Shown piece by piece: positions 49,953 to 59,935 of a stretch of DNA of 64,000 bases. A program made the position numbers and the translations under genes. The notes under the pieces are model-generated. The model did not search any database. It saw nothing but the letters and a program-made list of their open reading frames with translations, and had not been told where the DNA came from. The stretch's first letter is position 1. Each line of letters begins with the position of its first letter. This DNA is from Limisphaerales bacterium. GTDB lineage: Bacteria; Verrucomicrobiota; Verrucomicrobiia; Limisphaerales; CAZKNW01. The DNA lies in assembly GCA_965658675.1 (NCBI GenBank), contig CBFHTT010000031.1, forward strand, positions 51,320 through 115,319. Direction: 5' to 3'.

Positions 49953-51821
49953 CTACCACCAGAGCCACATGCGAAGGAAGTCGACTGTCTTGTGAGTAAA
50001 GATCCAGGCCAGTGTTCGTTTCTCCACATTGATCTTGGATAATCCAGCCATTCCCGGCCGCCACCAATCTTGGATCTCATCCTCAAATTCCAGGCGAACC
50101 ATGAAGCGATTTCCATCTGTGCGAGGAACAGCAGCCGGCTCAATCCGTGTGACCTTCATCGGGAACTTCAGATTCGGCCGACTGAACAACGCGATCTCTG
50201 CCGACTCAGAATCCATGATCTCGTGAATATCAGCTTCATCCACCTCCGCCTCCACATACAGACGGTCCAATCTGGCAACACGATAAAGGGCATCACCCTG
50301 ACTTACGGGGGCTCCAATACGTTCCTCCAGATCGCCCTCTACCACAAAGCCTTCAAAAGCCACCTTCACCTCAGCCAGTTCCAGCCGATGACGGATCAAC
50401 TCCCATCTTGCCTCTGACTGTTCTCCCAGAGCCTGAGCGATCTGCATCTCAGCCAGCTTGCCAGCCGCACGAGATTTCTCAGCCTCCTTTCGATAACGAT
50501 TGAGATCAGCGATGGCCGAAGCCTCCTCCAGTAACAGATCTTCGGTATTGAGGCGAAGCAGTGGTTGATCCTTCTTCACCAGATCACCCGTCTTCACCAA
50601 CACCTCGTCGATATAACCATTGTAAGGAGCCGTCAGGAAAGACACCTCTTCACTACGAATGATAAAATCAGCCTCCACCCGATAAGGAACACGCACGAAG
50701 AACAAGATAGCCAACAACGTGGCAATCAACACGGTGAGGACCTTGGCCCATGTATGCTCTGGTCCAAGGATCTTGGATGCCTTTTCCTTACACGACGCGG
50801 CCATTCGGGCGCCAAACCATCGGTCATTCTTTTTCAGATCGGCCAGTCGCGGAATGACCTGATCACCGATCAGGCGCAGTTGCTGAAGCTCGACCTCGGT
50901 AAATGCACCGCTCTGCCGCTCACAGGTCAGGACAGCAACGGGTTCTTCTTCCGAGCGAAGTGGAGTGGAACAAATAAAATCAACAGCCTGACTGCGGGCG
51001 AACTTCTCGTGATCCCGATTGACGAACGTTGCCTCTTGAGGCGACGGAAACACAATCTCTTCATCCTGATCATGGGCCTCCTCCATTGCTGCCTCCAGAT
51101 CTGTGACTGAAGACATGTTCTTCTCAAACTTCTCAGTCCGACTGATGGACTGCATCTTGATGTATCCGCCCTGCAACCATCCAAGGCTGACTCGATCACA
51201 CTGAAACTTGGTGGCAACGGAATTACAGAGAGCCAACGTCGATGAAAGAAAGCGCTTCTCTTCATTCACCTCAGCCAGCACATCCATGGCTACAGCCATG
51301 CGCTCTGCTTCCAGTCTGGCTTTCTCGACGCGACCTGCAGCCTGAAACGAAACAGGTAGATCCGCTATCAATTCAAGACGGGCCAACATCTCCTGCGCCC
51401 GGTCCAGAGTGATATGGGTCAGCAAAAAGGCACCGACACAAACATCCTGTTCCTGATCGAGCTTCAACCGGATTCCGACAGCAAAATTTCTGAGCCCTTC
51501 CGGATCTGAAGAGCCAACTGATTGAAGGTGCTTTTCTTTATCAGCGCATACTCCTGCCAAGCCTCCCAAAACCTGGGAAAACTCCAGAACGACAGGGCTA
51601 TTGTCCGCCTTCTGTGGCCACTCGCCTATCTTCTTGAGTGGTTCATCGCCTGCCTTCTTCAGGATCAACACACCTCGCTTGGCATTCACCAATCGGGATG
51701 CGGCATCCAAGAAGCGTCGCCAAAAGTCCGACGGCGATCCACTGAAAGAACGAAGTTCCTGAAGATCCTGCTGAGCCTCTTCAGAGGGTTGTGGGGAATG
51801 CCCCGTCTTTTCTTCAGCCAT
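49953..51821 (-). CDS. HlyD-family membrane-fusion protein with N-terminal cytoplasmic GAF-like domain.
   Basis: 622 aa. About 330 aa soluble N-terminus with GAF-like alpha/beta pattern. Single TM WAKVLTVLIATLLAILFFV. Periplasmic HlyD-like coiled-coil plus lipoyl/beta-barrel region (VKKDQPLLRLNTEDL). Confidence 0.65.
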   Translation of the reverse strand: MAEEKTGHSPQPSEEAQQDLQELRSFSGSPSDFWRRFLDAASRLVNAKRGVLILKKAGDEPLKKIGEWPQKADNSPVVLEFSQVLGGLAGVCADKEKHLQSVGSSDPEGLRNFAVGIRLKLDQEQDVCVGAFLLTHITLDRAQEMLARLELIADLPVSFQAAGRVEKARLEAERMAVAMDVLAEVNEEKRFLSSTLALCNSVATKFQCDRVSLGWLQGGYIKMQSISRTEKFEKNMSSVTDLEAAMEEAHDQDEEIVFPSPQEATFVNRDHEKFARSQAVDFICSTPLRSEEEPVAVLTCERQSGAFTEVELQQLRLIGDQVIPRLADLKKNDRWFGARMAASCKEKASKILGPEHTWAKVLTVLIATLLAILFFVRVPYRVEADFIIRSEEVSFLTAPYNGYIDEVLVKTGDLVKKDQPLLRLNTEDLLLEEASAIADLNRYRKEAEKSRAAGKLAEMQIAQALGEQSEARWELIRHRLELAEVKVAFEGFVVEGDLEERIGAPVSQGDALYRVARLDRLYVEAEVDEADIHEIMDSESAEIALFSRPNLKFPMKVTRIEPAAVPRTDGNRFMVRLEFEDEIQDWWRPGMAGLSKINVEKRTLAWIFTHKTVDFLRMWLWW

Positions 51822-51824
51822 GGT

Positions 51825-52664
51825 TTATGGGGTTTGGATATGAATCAATCCGGCGACACCGGGTTTGATCTGACCGTCCTGATTATCAAAGACAGCCTTG
51901 ATGCGCAGCAATCCACTGTAGGGATCCACCACAGGAGAAATGAAATCAATGGCACCAGTCAGTTTGACCTTGGCATCCCCGTTCTGAATCTCCAGATCTA
52001 CCTTTTGTCCCTTCTTCAGATACTGACCTGCGCTGCCTGCGACGTTTGAGACAAAGTAACAACGGGTGACGTCCACGACTCTGGCCAATGGTTCCTGCGA
52101 TTTGGCGTCCTCACCTTCCTGATAGAGCATCTGGGCAATCATTCCCTTGATGGGAGACACCAGGACACGCCGATCATGATCTTCCTTTGCAATGCTGTAT
52201 TCGATCTCCTCGCGCTTCTCCACCGTCTGCAGGCGTTGATGCTCAGCCTTCGCCTTCACGTATTCCAGTTCCTTGACGGCGACATCGTCCTTACTCACCG
52301 AACCTGTTTTCTCGGCCAGTTTCTTGGTGGTCTCGTAGTCGTCCTTCTTTATCTGTTCATCCGTGGCGGCGGCAGTCACCTCAGCCTTGCTCTCCCAAAG
52401 CAATTTGCGCCGCGCCATTTCCAGTTTCTCAGCCTCGCGCTCAAACTCAAAGATCACCTGCCCCTTCTCCACCGGATCACCTTCATTCACTGGTCGGGCT
52501 TCAATCGTCCCGGCCACCTTGGCACTCACCGTCACGTCGTGAATAGCCTCGGTGATACCTTCAAAAGAGAGGGTGGCTGCCTGAATCGGCAACAACGCGA
52601 AAAGAATCAACGCGGAGGCGCAGATCCCTTTCATTCCGGATGAACTCGGATGATTGGATTTCAT
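51825..52664 (-). CDS. Periplasmic efflux adaptor (HlyD/MFP family, signal-peptide form).
   Basis: 279 aa. Signal peptide. Lipoyl-like VEKGQVIFEFE. Coiled-coil hairpin. C-terminal beta-barrel. Confidence 0.75.
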   Translation of the reverse strand: MKSNHPSSSGMKGICASALILFALLPIQAATLSFEGITEAIHDVTVSAKVAGTIEARPVNEGDPVEKGQVIFEFEREAEKLEMARRKLLWESKAEVTAAATDEQIKKDDYETTKKLAEKTGSVSKDDVAVKELEYVKAKAEHQRLQTVEKREEIEYSIAKEDHDRRVLVSPIKGMIAQMLYQEGEDAKSQEPLARVVDVTRCYFVSNVAGSAGQYLKKGQKVDLEIQNGDAKVKLTGAIDFISPVVDPYSGLLRIKAVFDNQDGQIKPGVAGLIHIQTP

Positions 52665-52675
52665 TGGTGATAGGA

Positions 52676-54559
52676 TTATTGAGCGTCCTGCTCGAGTTCG
52701 GTGACCTTGGATTTCAATTCATGCACAGCCTGATTCACTGCTTCTTGACTGGTGATCTCAGGGGCTGGACCGGATGATTTCTTGGCAGTGACCTTCTTAG
52801 CAGGCGTGGCTTTTGGGGCACTTGTTTTCTTCACTGGCGTCGTGAATTCACCACGTGCCCGATAACGCGTAAAGATGGATGCTCTGGCTCCATCAAGGGA
52901 TGCATCAGAGATCTCAGAGCGGCGCATCATGATGTCACGGGTATTGGTCGCCAGGTCACCCTGACTAAGCTCGATGTTGCGATCTTCGAGGTAACTCCCC
53001 TTGAGACTTTCCATTTCAAGAATCGCACGCTCCAACCGCACTTGGCCTTCGATGTAGGCAATACGCGCCTCGAACAGGTCCTCTTCCTTTTCCAATACGG
53101 ACCGGCTGTCAGACTTCCCTGCTTCCATCCGTGCGATCTCGGTGTCCAACACGCGCTGGTTGAACGACACAATGGATTCATAGCGACCCACGTTGTCCGC
53201 AAAGATGCGCACGCGGTCAATGGCGGCATCCAGCGCATTGATCAACTGAGTCTCAGTAGTCTTAAGATTCAGCAAGGCCTGGCGTTGGCGAAGTTTGGCG
53301 GCATCGCGCTCAAGGCGTCCTTTCTTGTTTCCATCCAGAGGCACGCGAAACTCGAATCCAAAACTCCACGAGGCATAATTGTTCTCTGCCAAATCCTCGA
53401 ATGAACCTGCTGGTGTTCCATCCAGACCATTGAGACCGTAACTACCACGAAGGTCTAATTGAGGAAGTGCCTGATTCCGCTGATAGGCCAGGCGCACCTT
53501 CTCCTGTTCGGCCTGTTTGGCTCGTATCTTCAGGTCTGGGTTCTTCTCAAATGCAACACTCCAGTGATCTCCTACCTCTCCCTTGATTTCACGGCCAGTG
53601 GGCGTATCCGTGGTCTCAATGACATACTTCCCATTGGCTACTGATTCGGAGAAAAGCGTCATGGCGCGACTGGTCGCATCCTGAAGCACCTGCTTGGCTT
53701 CGTTCAACAAGGCGAGACGACGTGCTACACCTGCTTCAGCTTCCAGAACATCGAGTTCACTGGCCTTACCCACTTTGACCCGCTCCTGATTATCCTCCAA
53801 CACCGTCTTGGCCAACCCTACGGAATCAGTGGCGATCTTGTGCTGTTGCTGCGCCAGATAGAGATCCCAATAAGTGGCTTCGGCTGTGGCGGCGAGTTCG
53901 ATGAGTCCTTTGCGGTATTCCTGAAAGGCCACGTCCGATGCAGCGGCAGCCAGTCGCATGTTCACCATGGTGGCATTCTTGCCAAAGTTCTTCAGCACAG
54001 GCTGAATAACACTGAGTCCGACATTGGATTGAAACTCACCGTTGTGGGTTGCTGGTCCGTTATTGATGTCGTTCTGCAGCCGGCTCATGGAGAACCCGAG
54101 GCGGAACTGCGTTCCACCCTCCTTCATCGTCCATTCCAGCCCCTGCTTCATGATGCGATTTCGCTCATTGAAATCCGCGCGCCCACCACCAAAGAGCCCG
54201 AGGGATGAAGTCTGCTGTGCGTTGTTCGGACGTTGGGAATCCTGACTCTCAAAGTCAGTTACAGACACGGGGGAAAAATTGTGCTTCTGAGCACGGTAGG
54301 TTCTTTGGCCAATCTCTGTTTCAAGAAGCCTTACCTCAAGCGCCTCGTTATGTTGGAGTACCCGCCTGACAAAGTCCTCTTGAGACATTTTCAAGGGCTG
54401 GGTTTCTTGGGCCTCAACGCCGATACCGCCAATGAGATAAACCCCAGTAAATACCACCCCGAGCCATCCCGCAGACTTAGGTCCACGGCCGTTTGCTTGA
54501 TTTGTCATAATCATTTTAGAAAGAGCGCGTACGGCACCATTTAGCCCTCTCGTTGTCAA
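52676..54559 (-). CDS. TolC-family outer-membrane efflux protein with a Lys-rich C-terminal extension.
   Basis: 627 aa. Two TolC-type helical repeats (TYWDLYLAQQQ..., LDLRGSYGLNG..., VLDTEIARMEAGKSD). C-terminal KKTSAPKATPAKKVTAKKSSGPAP tail. Confidence 0.8.
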   Translation of the reverse strand: MTTRGLNGAVRALSKMIMTNQANGRGPKSAGWLGVVFTGVYLIGGIGVEAQETQPLKMSQEDFVRRVLQHNEALEVRLLETEIGQRTYRAQKHNFSPVSVTDFESQDSQRPNNAQQTSSLGLFGGGRADFNERNRIMKQGLEWTMKEGGTQFRLGFSMSRLQNDINNGPATHNGEFQSNVGLSVIQPVLKNFGKNATMVNMRLAAAASDVAFQEYRKGLIELAATAEATYWDLYLAQQQHKIATDSVGLAKTVLEDNQERVKVGKASELDVLEAEAGVARRLALLNEAKQVLQDATSRAMTLFSESVANGKYVIETTDTPTGREIKGEVGDHWSVAFEKNPDLKIRAKQAEQEKVRLAYQRNQALPQLDLRGSYGLNGLDGTPAGSFEDLAENNYASWSFGFEFRVPLDGNKKGRLERDAAKLRQRQALLNLKTTETQLINALDAAIDRVRIFADNVGRYESIVSFNQRVLDTEIARMEAGKSDSRSVLEKEEDLFEARIAYIEGQVRLERAILEMESLKGSYLEDRNIELSQGDLATNTRDIMMRRSEISDASLDGARASIFTRYRARGEFTTPVKKTSAPKATPAKKVTAKKSSGPAPEITSQEAVNQAVHELKSKVTELEQDAQ

Positions 54560-54667
54560 TGGCTAAGTGGCATTGTTCGCTTCTCAAAAGGACAAAAAAC
54601 GATTCCCTCGTAACCTGCTTACAAAGTCTTTACTTCCGGCCGTCGTTTCCAAGACACGCAACAGAGT

Positions 54668-55909
54668 CTAGCAACAGCTATCACCTTCGCAGCAATTGCT
54701 GGGATCGGTGGTCAATCGGTAGTTCAGTCCCTTCATCTCTCTTGGGTCACGCCACTTCATCCCTGTCCATGAAAACGGCTCTTTTTTCTCCACCGGCTTC
54801 AAGGGTTCCAGCAACTCAAACTGATCTGCATAAGCCGATGATTTGAATGCCGCCATGGTCTTGTCACACACGGCAGCGCGAACACCTCGCTCATAATGAT
54901 GTCCGGCATCATCCAAGACTTTCTTGAACGGTCCTTTATAGACCACCGCCTGCCCCGCATCTGAACCGGGACTCACGTCCAGCCGATACGCCTCCAGCGT
55001 CAATGACCGAAACTCGATCCCTTCCACGGTCTGCCATGGTTGTTCATCCCGTTTGAGAATGCGAATCCCAACAAAGCCTGCAGCCTCAAATGCGGCGACA
55101 AACTCTTCTTCTCGAAGCGCACCCGAGATGCAACCACTCCAAAGAGTAGGATCATTCTTCATGGCATCCGTCGGCTCTTCATCACTCACGATATCAGAGA
55201 TCACTGCACGACCTCCCTCTTTCAGAACACGATGAATCTCAGCAAAGAGCTGGGGTTTGAGCGATGCGTCCACCAGATTTAGAACACAGTTGGAAACCAC
55301 GACATCCACACTCTCAGAAGGAACCAAGGGTTCTTTGGTGCGGAGCTCAGCAGCGATCTCTTCCGCCCGAATGAATCCATCTACTCCATCCACAGGATTT
55401 GACTGCAGGGCTTCATCAAATTTCTCCAGATTCAACGCAAGATCCTGAATGCGGCCTTTGCGGAACTCGACATTGTCGTATCCCATGCGCTCAGCAACGA
55501 TCGGACGATTCCTCTGTGCTACCTCTAGCATATCATCCGTCATATCCACGCCGATGACCTTGCCCTTCTCTCCTACCACCTGCGCGGCAATGAAACAGAT
55601 CTTTCCAGTGCCACTACCGAGATCGAGAACAGTCTCCCCTTCCTTCAAGTAGCGACTTGGGTCCCCGCATCCGTAATCCCGCTCAATGACTTCCTGAGGA
55701 ATGATCTCGAGAAACTTGCGATCATAGTCAACAGGGCAACACAAAGCCGCCTCCTGGGCGTTTGCGGCGGCGGCGTAGCGTTCTTTTACAGCAGATTCGG
55801 TCTTAAGAGTGCTCATGTCGTGTTTCGTGTCGCGGCGATTCAAAGCCCAAGGGAGCATGGTTGCAATCACCACATCAAAAAAAATGGCGCACCAGCTTAT
55901 CGCCGGCAC
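54668..55909 (-). CDS. SAM-dependent methyltransferase, arsenite methyltransferase (ArsM)-like. Likely start MSTLKTE near 55816.
   Basis: ALCCPVDYD and GCGDP N-terminal Cys motifs as in ArsM. SAM motif VLDLGSGTGKICFIAAQ. Cys-rich C-terminal tail NCCEGDSCC. Confidence 0.6.
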   Translation of the reverse strand: MPAISWCAIFFDVVIATMLPWALNRRDTKHDMSTLKTESAVKERYAAAANAQEAALCCPVDYDRKFLEIIPQEVIERDYGCGDPSRYLKEGETVLDLGSGTGKICFIAAQVVGEKGKVIGVDMTDDMLEVAQRNRPIVAERMGYDNVEFRKGRIQDLALNLEKFDEALQSNPVDGVDGFIRAEEIAAELRTKEPLVPSESVDVVVSNCVLNLVDASLKPQLFAEIHRVLKEGGRAVISDIVSDEEPTDAMKNDPTLWSGCISGALREEEFVAAFEAAGFVGIRILKRDEQPWQTVEGIEFRSLTLEAYRLDVSPGSDAGQAVVYKGPFKKVLDDAGHHYERGVRAAVCDKTMAAFKSSAYADQFELLEPLKPVEKKEPFSWTGMKWRDPREMKGLNYRLTTDPSNCCEGDSCC

Positions 55910-55941
55910 GCCATTGGAGATTCGAACGAAAGGATTATTCC

Positions 55942-57564
55942 CTAACGCAACTCATGTCCTTCATGACTACATTTTGGAAAATCCTTCACCGCACCAATCG
56001 TATACGTCCCGTTGTTAGGACACGTTGCCCTGATCTTGATATAGAGCGCTGTTCCTATCAAATCCGACTGTTTAGGCGTATCCAATGGACCCTTTTTATT
56101 ATCCAAAGCCCACTGTTGCTTGGCTCCGTCCAACTGCTTGAGGTTGGCAATACAGGTATTCTTTTGGGCACTCGACCTGGCTTTGACGAAATTTGGAATG
56201 GCTATGGCAGCCATCAGTCCAGCCGGGGCAATCATTCCTCCAGCCAAGAAAGAGAACGCTGGTTGAAAGTTCGCATTACCCGTCATTTTCCATCCGTTCT
56301 TCTCATGCGCGATGACCACGTAACCAAACTTGGCTTCGCTAAAATTCGTCAGCATCGCCCTGACGGCAGTGATCTGATCATCCTCTCCGCCCGCCATTTC
56401 CATGGCCTTCGTCTGGATTTCGTTGACCGTTTCTCCAAAGCGCTTGCTGGAATAGAAGAAACCATTTCCTTCGGTCGGCATCTCACGAGAGAGTGATTTG
56501 AACTCATCGGTCGAGGTCAGTCCTTCTGCTTCGCCCTTATGAACTGCCACCGCTTCCATGACTAGTTCCTTGGTTGATCCAAGAATCAATTGGTTCTCAA
56601 AACGGGCAAGTGTCGGAGTCAATTGAACCGGCAGCGGAATCGGAAGCGGCATACTGACATAGCGCACGCCATTGGTTTCACCACGATCCACGCTGGGATC
56701 CTTTGGGATAATAGACCCAACATGATCAAACAAAAGATCATCAGCCACTTCCAACATGATCAACAACCCCGGTGCAGGAATCGTAAGTGGTTCATCACCA
56801 GGAAAAGGAAGAGGCACCTGCTGACTATCATCAAGGGTCATTGCAAATCCCATATCCCCACCATAGGTATTCAGGAAGGCATCCCACTCCAATCCGGTGC
56901 CTGCTTGAAACGCCTGTTTCAGTTCCTTGATCCCCTCAAGTCCCTGAGGTGCATCCAAAGCAAGGACGAGTTCTTCAAACACAGTCACCAGCTCCTTGAT
57001 GTTCACTTCGCCGTAATCAGCGATCACTGTATTCGAAGGCAGGTAGGAAAGTCCGTTCAATGGCTTGGCTTCCTTACCAAAGGTCGTCCAAAGGAATCCA
57101 TCACCCTGCCCTTCGCGATGGTGAAGAATGGCCTTGGAGTGGTAGATCCCCTTCTCAATTGCCACTGAACTCACACCCAGTCCCGTGGCATCCTTCATTC
57201 CGCTACGATCTACAAATGCCCTGGCAACCTTGAATCCATTTTCAATCAGCTTGGCCTCATCCCCATTTCCTTTGGGAAAACCAGCCATCAATGTTTCGGC
57301 TCCATCGATCAGCTCATCCACTTTGCCAAGCAACTGCTCCGTGCTGACATACATATAGAAATTTCCTCCTGGATTCAGTTCGGAGGTCACTTTATCAAAA
57401 GTCGTCTTCTCTGCGGGAACAATGCCTGGCTTGGCTTCCACCACCGCAGGTTGCTCCACAATGGGAGGCGGTGCCTGCTGCTTGTTTCCACATCCACTCA
57501 ACACCAGACACGACGCCGCTGTAGCGCCTGCCAACATCACCTTGGGTATACTGATTTTCTTCAT
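55942..57564 (-). CDS. Lipoprotein with C-terminal pseudopilin-like hydrophobic/N-methylation-domain-like segment.
   Basis: 540 aa. Lipobox LSGC. Large soluble domain. C-terminal MAAIAIPNFVKARSSAQKNTCIANLKQLDGAKQQWAL resembles the N-terminus of type-IV pilin-like DUF1559 proteins. Confidence 0.5.
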   Translation of the reverse strand: MKKISIPKVMLAGATAASCLVLSGCGNKQQAPPPIVEQPAVVEAKPGIVPAEKTTFDKVTSELNPGGNFYMYVSTEQLLGKVDELIDGAETLMAGFPKGNGDEAKLIENGFKVARAFVDRSGMKDATGLGVSSVAIEKGIYHSKAILHHREGQGDGFLWTTFGKEAKPLNGLSYLPSNTVIADYGEVNIKELVTVFEELVLALDAPQGLEGIKELKQAFQAGTGLEWDAFLNTYGGDMGFAMTLDDSQQVPLPFPGDEPLTIPAPGLLIMLEVADDLLFDHVGSIIPKDPSVDRGETNGVRYVSMPLPIPLPVQLTPTLARFENQLILGSTKELVMEAVAVHKGEAEGLTSTDEFKSLSREMPTEGNGFFYSSKRFGETVNEIQTKAMEMAGGEDDQITAVRAMLTNFSEAKFGYVVIAHEKNGWKMTGNANFQPAFSFLAGGMIAPAGLMAAIAIPNFVKARSSAQKNTCIANLKQLDGAKQQWALDNKKGPLDTPKQSDLIGTALYIKIRATCPNNGTYTIGAVKDFPKCSHEGHELR

Positions 57565-57703
57565 ATTTGATTGGGGTCAGACTTTGAGTCCAAGAGAGTT
57601 GCGGACTGCCCTTCCCTCCTGATTGATTGAGGCCAGTATCGTGTGTCGTTAAGATTCCTCCGTCCACTCCAAAAACGATCCACGCGTGTAATCCAATCGT
57701 TTT

Positions 57704-58450
57704 GTGACCAAACCACGCCACATTCCTATAAACATAGATTCTATGAAAAAACTTTCCCTGTTCCTCATCGTTGCCCTGACCACCACGGCCTCATTCGCAA
57801 AAGATACTAAAGGAAAGCTGCTGCTCAGCGATGATTTCAATCGCACTGAAAAGGACGATTCCAAAGAACAACTCGGCGGTAAATGGGGAACTAACAGCCG
57901 CTCACGCGCCAAGGGTGTCAAACAGGTGGATCTCAAGGATGGCGCCATGCACGTGAACCGGGCGGACGTAGCGGACCACGGAGTATCCATCCACCATGAT
58001 CTCAGCTTTAAAGATGTGACGATCCAGCTGCGATTCAAGCTGGGTGCCAAGGACGATCTCGGTATCAATATTGCAGATATGAAGGAAAAGGGAGTCCACG
58101 CAGGTCACATCTGCATGGCCAAGATCCGCACCCACAACGTGGAGATCTTCGACCTCAAATACGGCAATATGAAACTCGAGCACCGCACCGCTCGAAAGGC
58201 AGGGAAGGAGACTCCAGCCATGAAGAAAGCCACTGCGGACAAAAACAAACGCTTCCCTTCAAAGATCAGCGCAAACGAATGGCACGATCTGGAAGTAAGG
58301 ATTGATGGTGATCTCATGACAGTGAGCATTGACGGAAAAAAGGTCGGATCATTTGAGTCCGAGGGTATCGGTCACCCAACCAAGAGCCGCCTTCGACTCG
58401 CTATCGCCAAATCAGCTGTCATCGACGACATCAATGTCTGGAGCCGATAA
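57704..58450 (+). CDS. Secreted DUF1080/LamG-like jelly-roll protein (3-keto-disaccharide hydrolase family-like). Likely start MKKLSLF near 57743.
   Basis: Signal peptide MKKLSLFLIVALTTTASFA. Motifs WHDLEVRIDGDLMTVSIDGKKVGSF and AVIDDINVWS typical of this family. Confidence 0.5.
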   Translation: MTKPRHIPINIDSMKKLSLFLIVALTTTASFAKDTKGKLLLSDDFNRTEKDDSKEQLGGKWGTNSRSRAKGVKQVDLKDGAMHVNRADVADHGVSIHHDLSFKDVTIQLRFKLGAKDDLGINIADMKEKGVHAGHICMAKIRTHNVEIFDLKYGNMKLEHRTARKAGKETPAMKKATADKNKRFPSKISANEWHDLEVRIDGDLMTVSIDGKKVGSFESEGIGHPTKSRLRLAIAKSAVIDDINVWSR

Positions 58451-58486
58451 GAAGAGGCTGACATAGGGGGATGAATTCAGGAGACT

Positions 58487-59935
58487 GTGCCCGACGCAGG
58501 CATGTCTTCATCTCCATCCATCAACGATCTGATTTCGCTCAGCCAACAGCTTGAGCGCGATCGTGATCTTCCTTTAAGGGAGCTGGAGGAGCGCGATCAC
58601 TCGCTCAGTCTGGACACGTCGAAAGAAGTCCGCGATCAAGAGCTCCTTCAAAATTGGTTACGGGCGCTTCCATCCCTTTCCTCTACAAATTTCGGCAAAG
58701 CCCGCTCGATTGGTCTCCTTTTGCTTGGCGGGTTGTCACTAATTGCTGGGCTGGGCTCAGGCATGGCGATGTTTCGCTATGACGGGACACACCCCATCAA
58801 CATTCTCCCACCTGTCGCAACCATCCTGATCTTTCAGGTAGTCAGCCTTGTTGTAGCATTCATTTTGATGAAGAGCTCAGCCGCTCCTGATAATGGTGGG
58901 ATTGGCCATACCTTGCGCGAACTAAGCCCGGGACGCTGGCTACCGGCCATCCTCAGACTCTGTAGCCAACCGACAAGAGAGGCGTTCGATACCCTTCACT
59001 CCTCCGTGTCCAGGCATCGAGCGCTCTTCACACCAGTTTATTCATGGAGTGCGTTTCACGCGTCACAATGGGCGTCTTCACTCTTCTTCGCCGGGCTGAC
59101 TCTCAGTTTTCTCAGACTGGTCCTTTTCACAGATCTGGCCTTTGCATGGAGCACGACCTTGGACCTTCAGCCATCAACACTCCATTCGTGGACAAGTCTC
59201 CTGACAGCCCCTGTCTCATTACTCATCCCATCAGTCAGCCCTTCATTGGATCTGGTGAGCGGCACGCGATATTTCCGATTGGAAGACGGCGGATTTTCTG
59301 CAGTCGCGAGTATGGACGTCCCCGGATCTTGGTGGCCGTTTGTTCTTGGTATTCTCTGTCTCTATGGAGTGCTTCCTCGGCTACTCTGTCTAGCTGTTGG
59401 CGCATGGAAGACGAACGCGCAGGTGAAAGCCTGTTTCACACAATTCCCCGGCGCATCCGATGTCATCAGGAGGCTCCGATCTCCAATCATTGAAACGATC
59501 ACCAAAGACGATCAGGAAGATGCCCCTGATTCCGTATCGCAAGATTCAGAAACAGATCATGGCATTACCAAGACTCCAACTCAGATCCTAATCTGGAACG
59601 AAGCGCAGAATCCTTTCATTGAAGCCAGGCAGACTCAGATTGGAGGACGACAATCATGGGAACAGGATATCCAGTCTTTGAAGACATTTTCAGCTGAGAT
59701 CGGAAACGCTGAAGCATGGATCTCTGTAAAGGCATGGGAGCCACCGACCGCAGACCTCGTGGATCTGCTGAAGGAATTACGCCCCCTACTCCAAGCCTCA
59801 CAAGCAATCAGGGTTGTCACTCAGTTTGAATCTGCGCCAAGCGAAGATCAGTTCTCAGTCTGGCAAAAGCGTCTCGCCAAACTCGGAGATCCTTACCTTC
59901 AGGTGGTGAAGCCGAACAGTGGAGGCGGCGAATGA
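58487..59935 (+). CDS. Polytopic membrane protein (DUF2868-like), translationally coupled to the downstream GTPase.
   Basis: 482 aa. At least 5 TM helices. No catalytic motifs. TGA/ATG overlap with the next gene at 59932-59935. Confidence 0.45.
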   Translation: MPDAGMSSSPSINDLISLSQQLERDRDLPLRELEERDHSLSLDTSKEVRDQELLQNWLRALPSLSSTNFGKARSIGLLLLGGLSLIAGLGSGMAMFRYDGTHPINILPPVATILIFQVVSLVVAFILMKSSAAPDNGGIGHTLRELSPGRWLPAILRLCSQPTREAFDTLHSSVSRHRALFTPVYSWSAFHASQWASSLFFAGLTLSFLRLVLFTDLAFAWSTTLDLQPSTLHSWTSLLTAPVSLLIPSVSPSLDLVSGTRYFRLEDGGFSAVASMDVPGSWWPFVLGILCLYGVLPRLLCLAVGAWKTNAQVKACFTQFPGASDVIRRLRSPIIETITKDDQEDAPDSVSQDSETDHGITKTPTQILIWNEAQNPFIEARQTQIGGRQSWEQDIQSLKTFSAEIGNAEAWISVKAWEPPTADLVDLLKELRPLLQASQAIRVVTQFESAPSEDQFSVWQKRLAKLGDPYLQVVKPNSGGGE

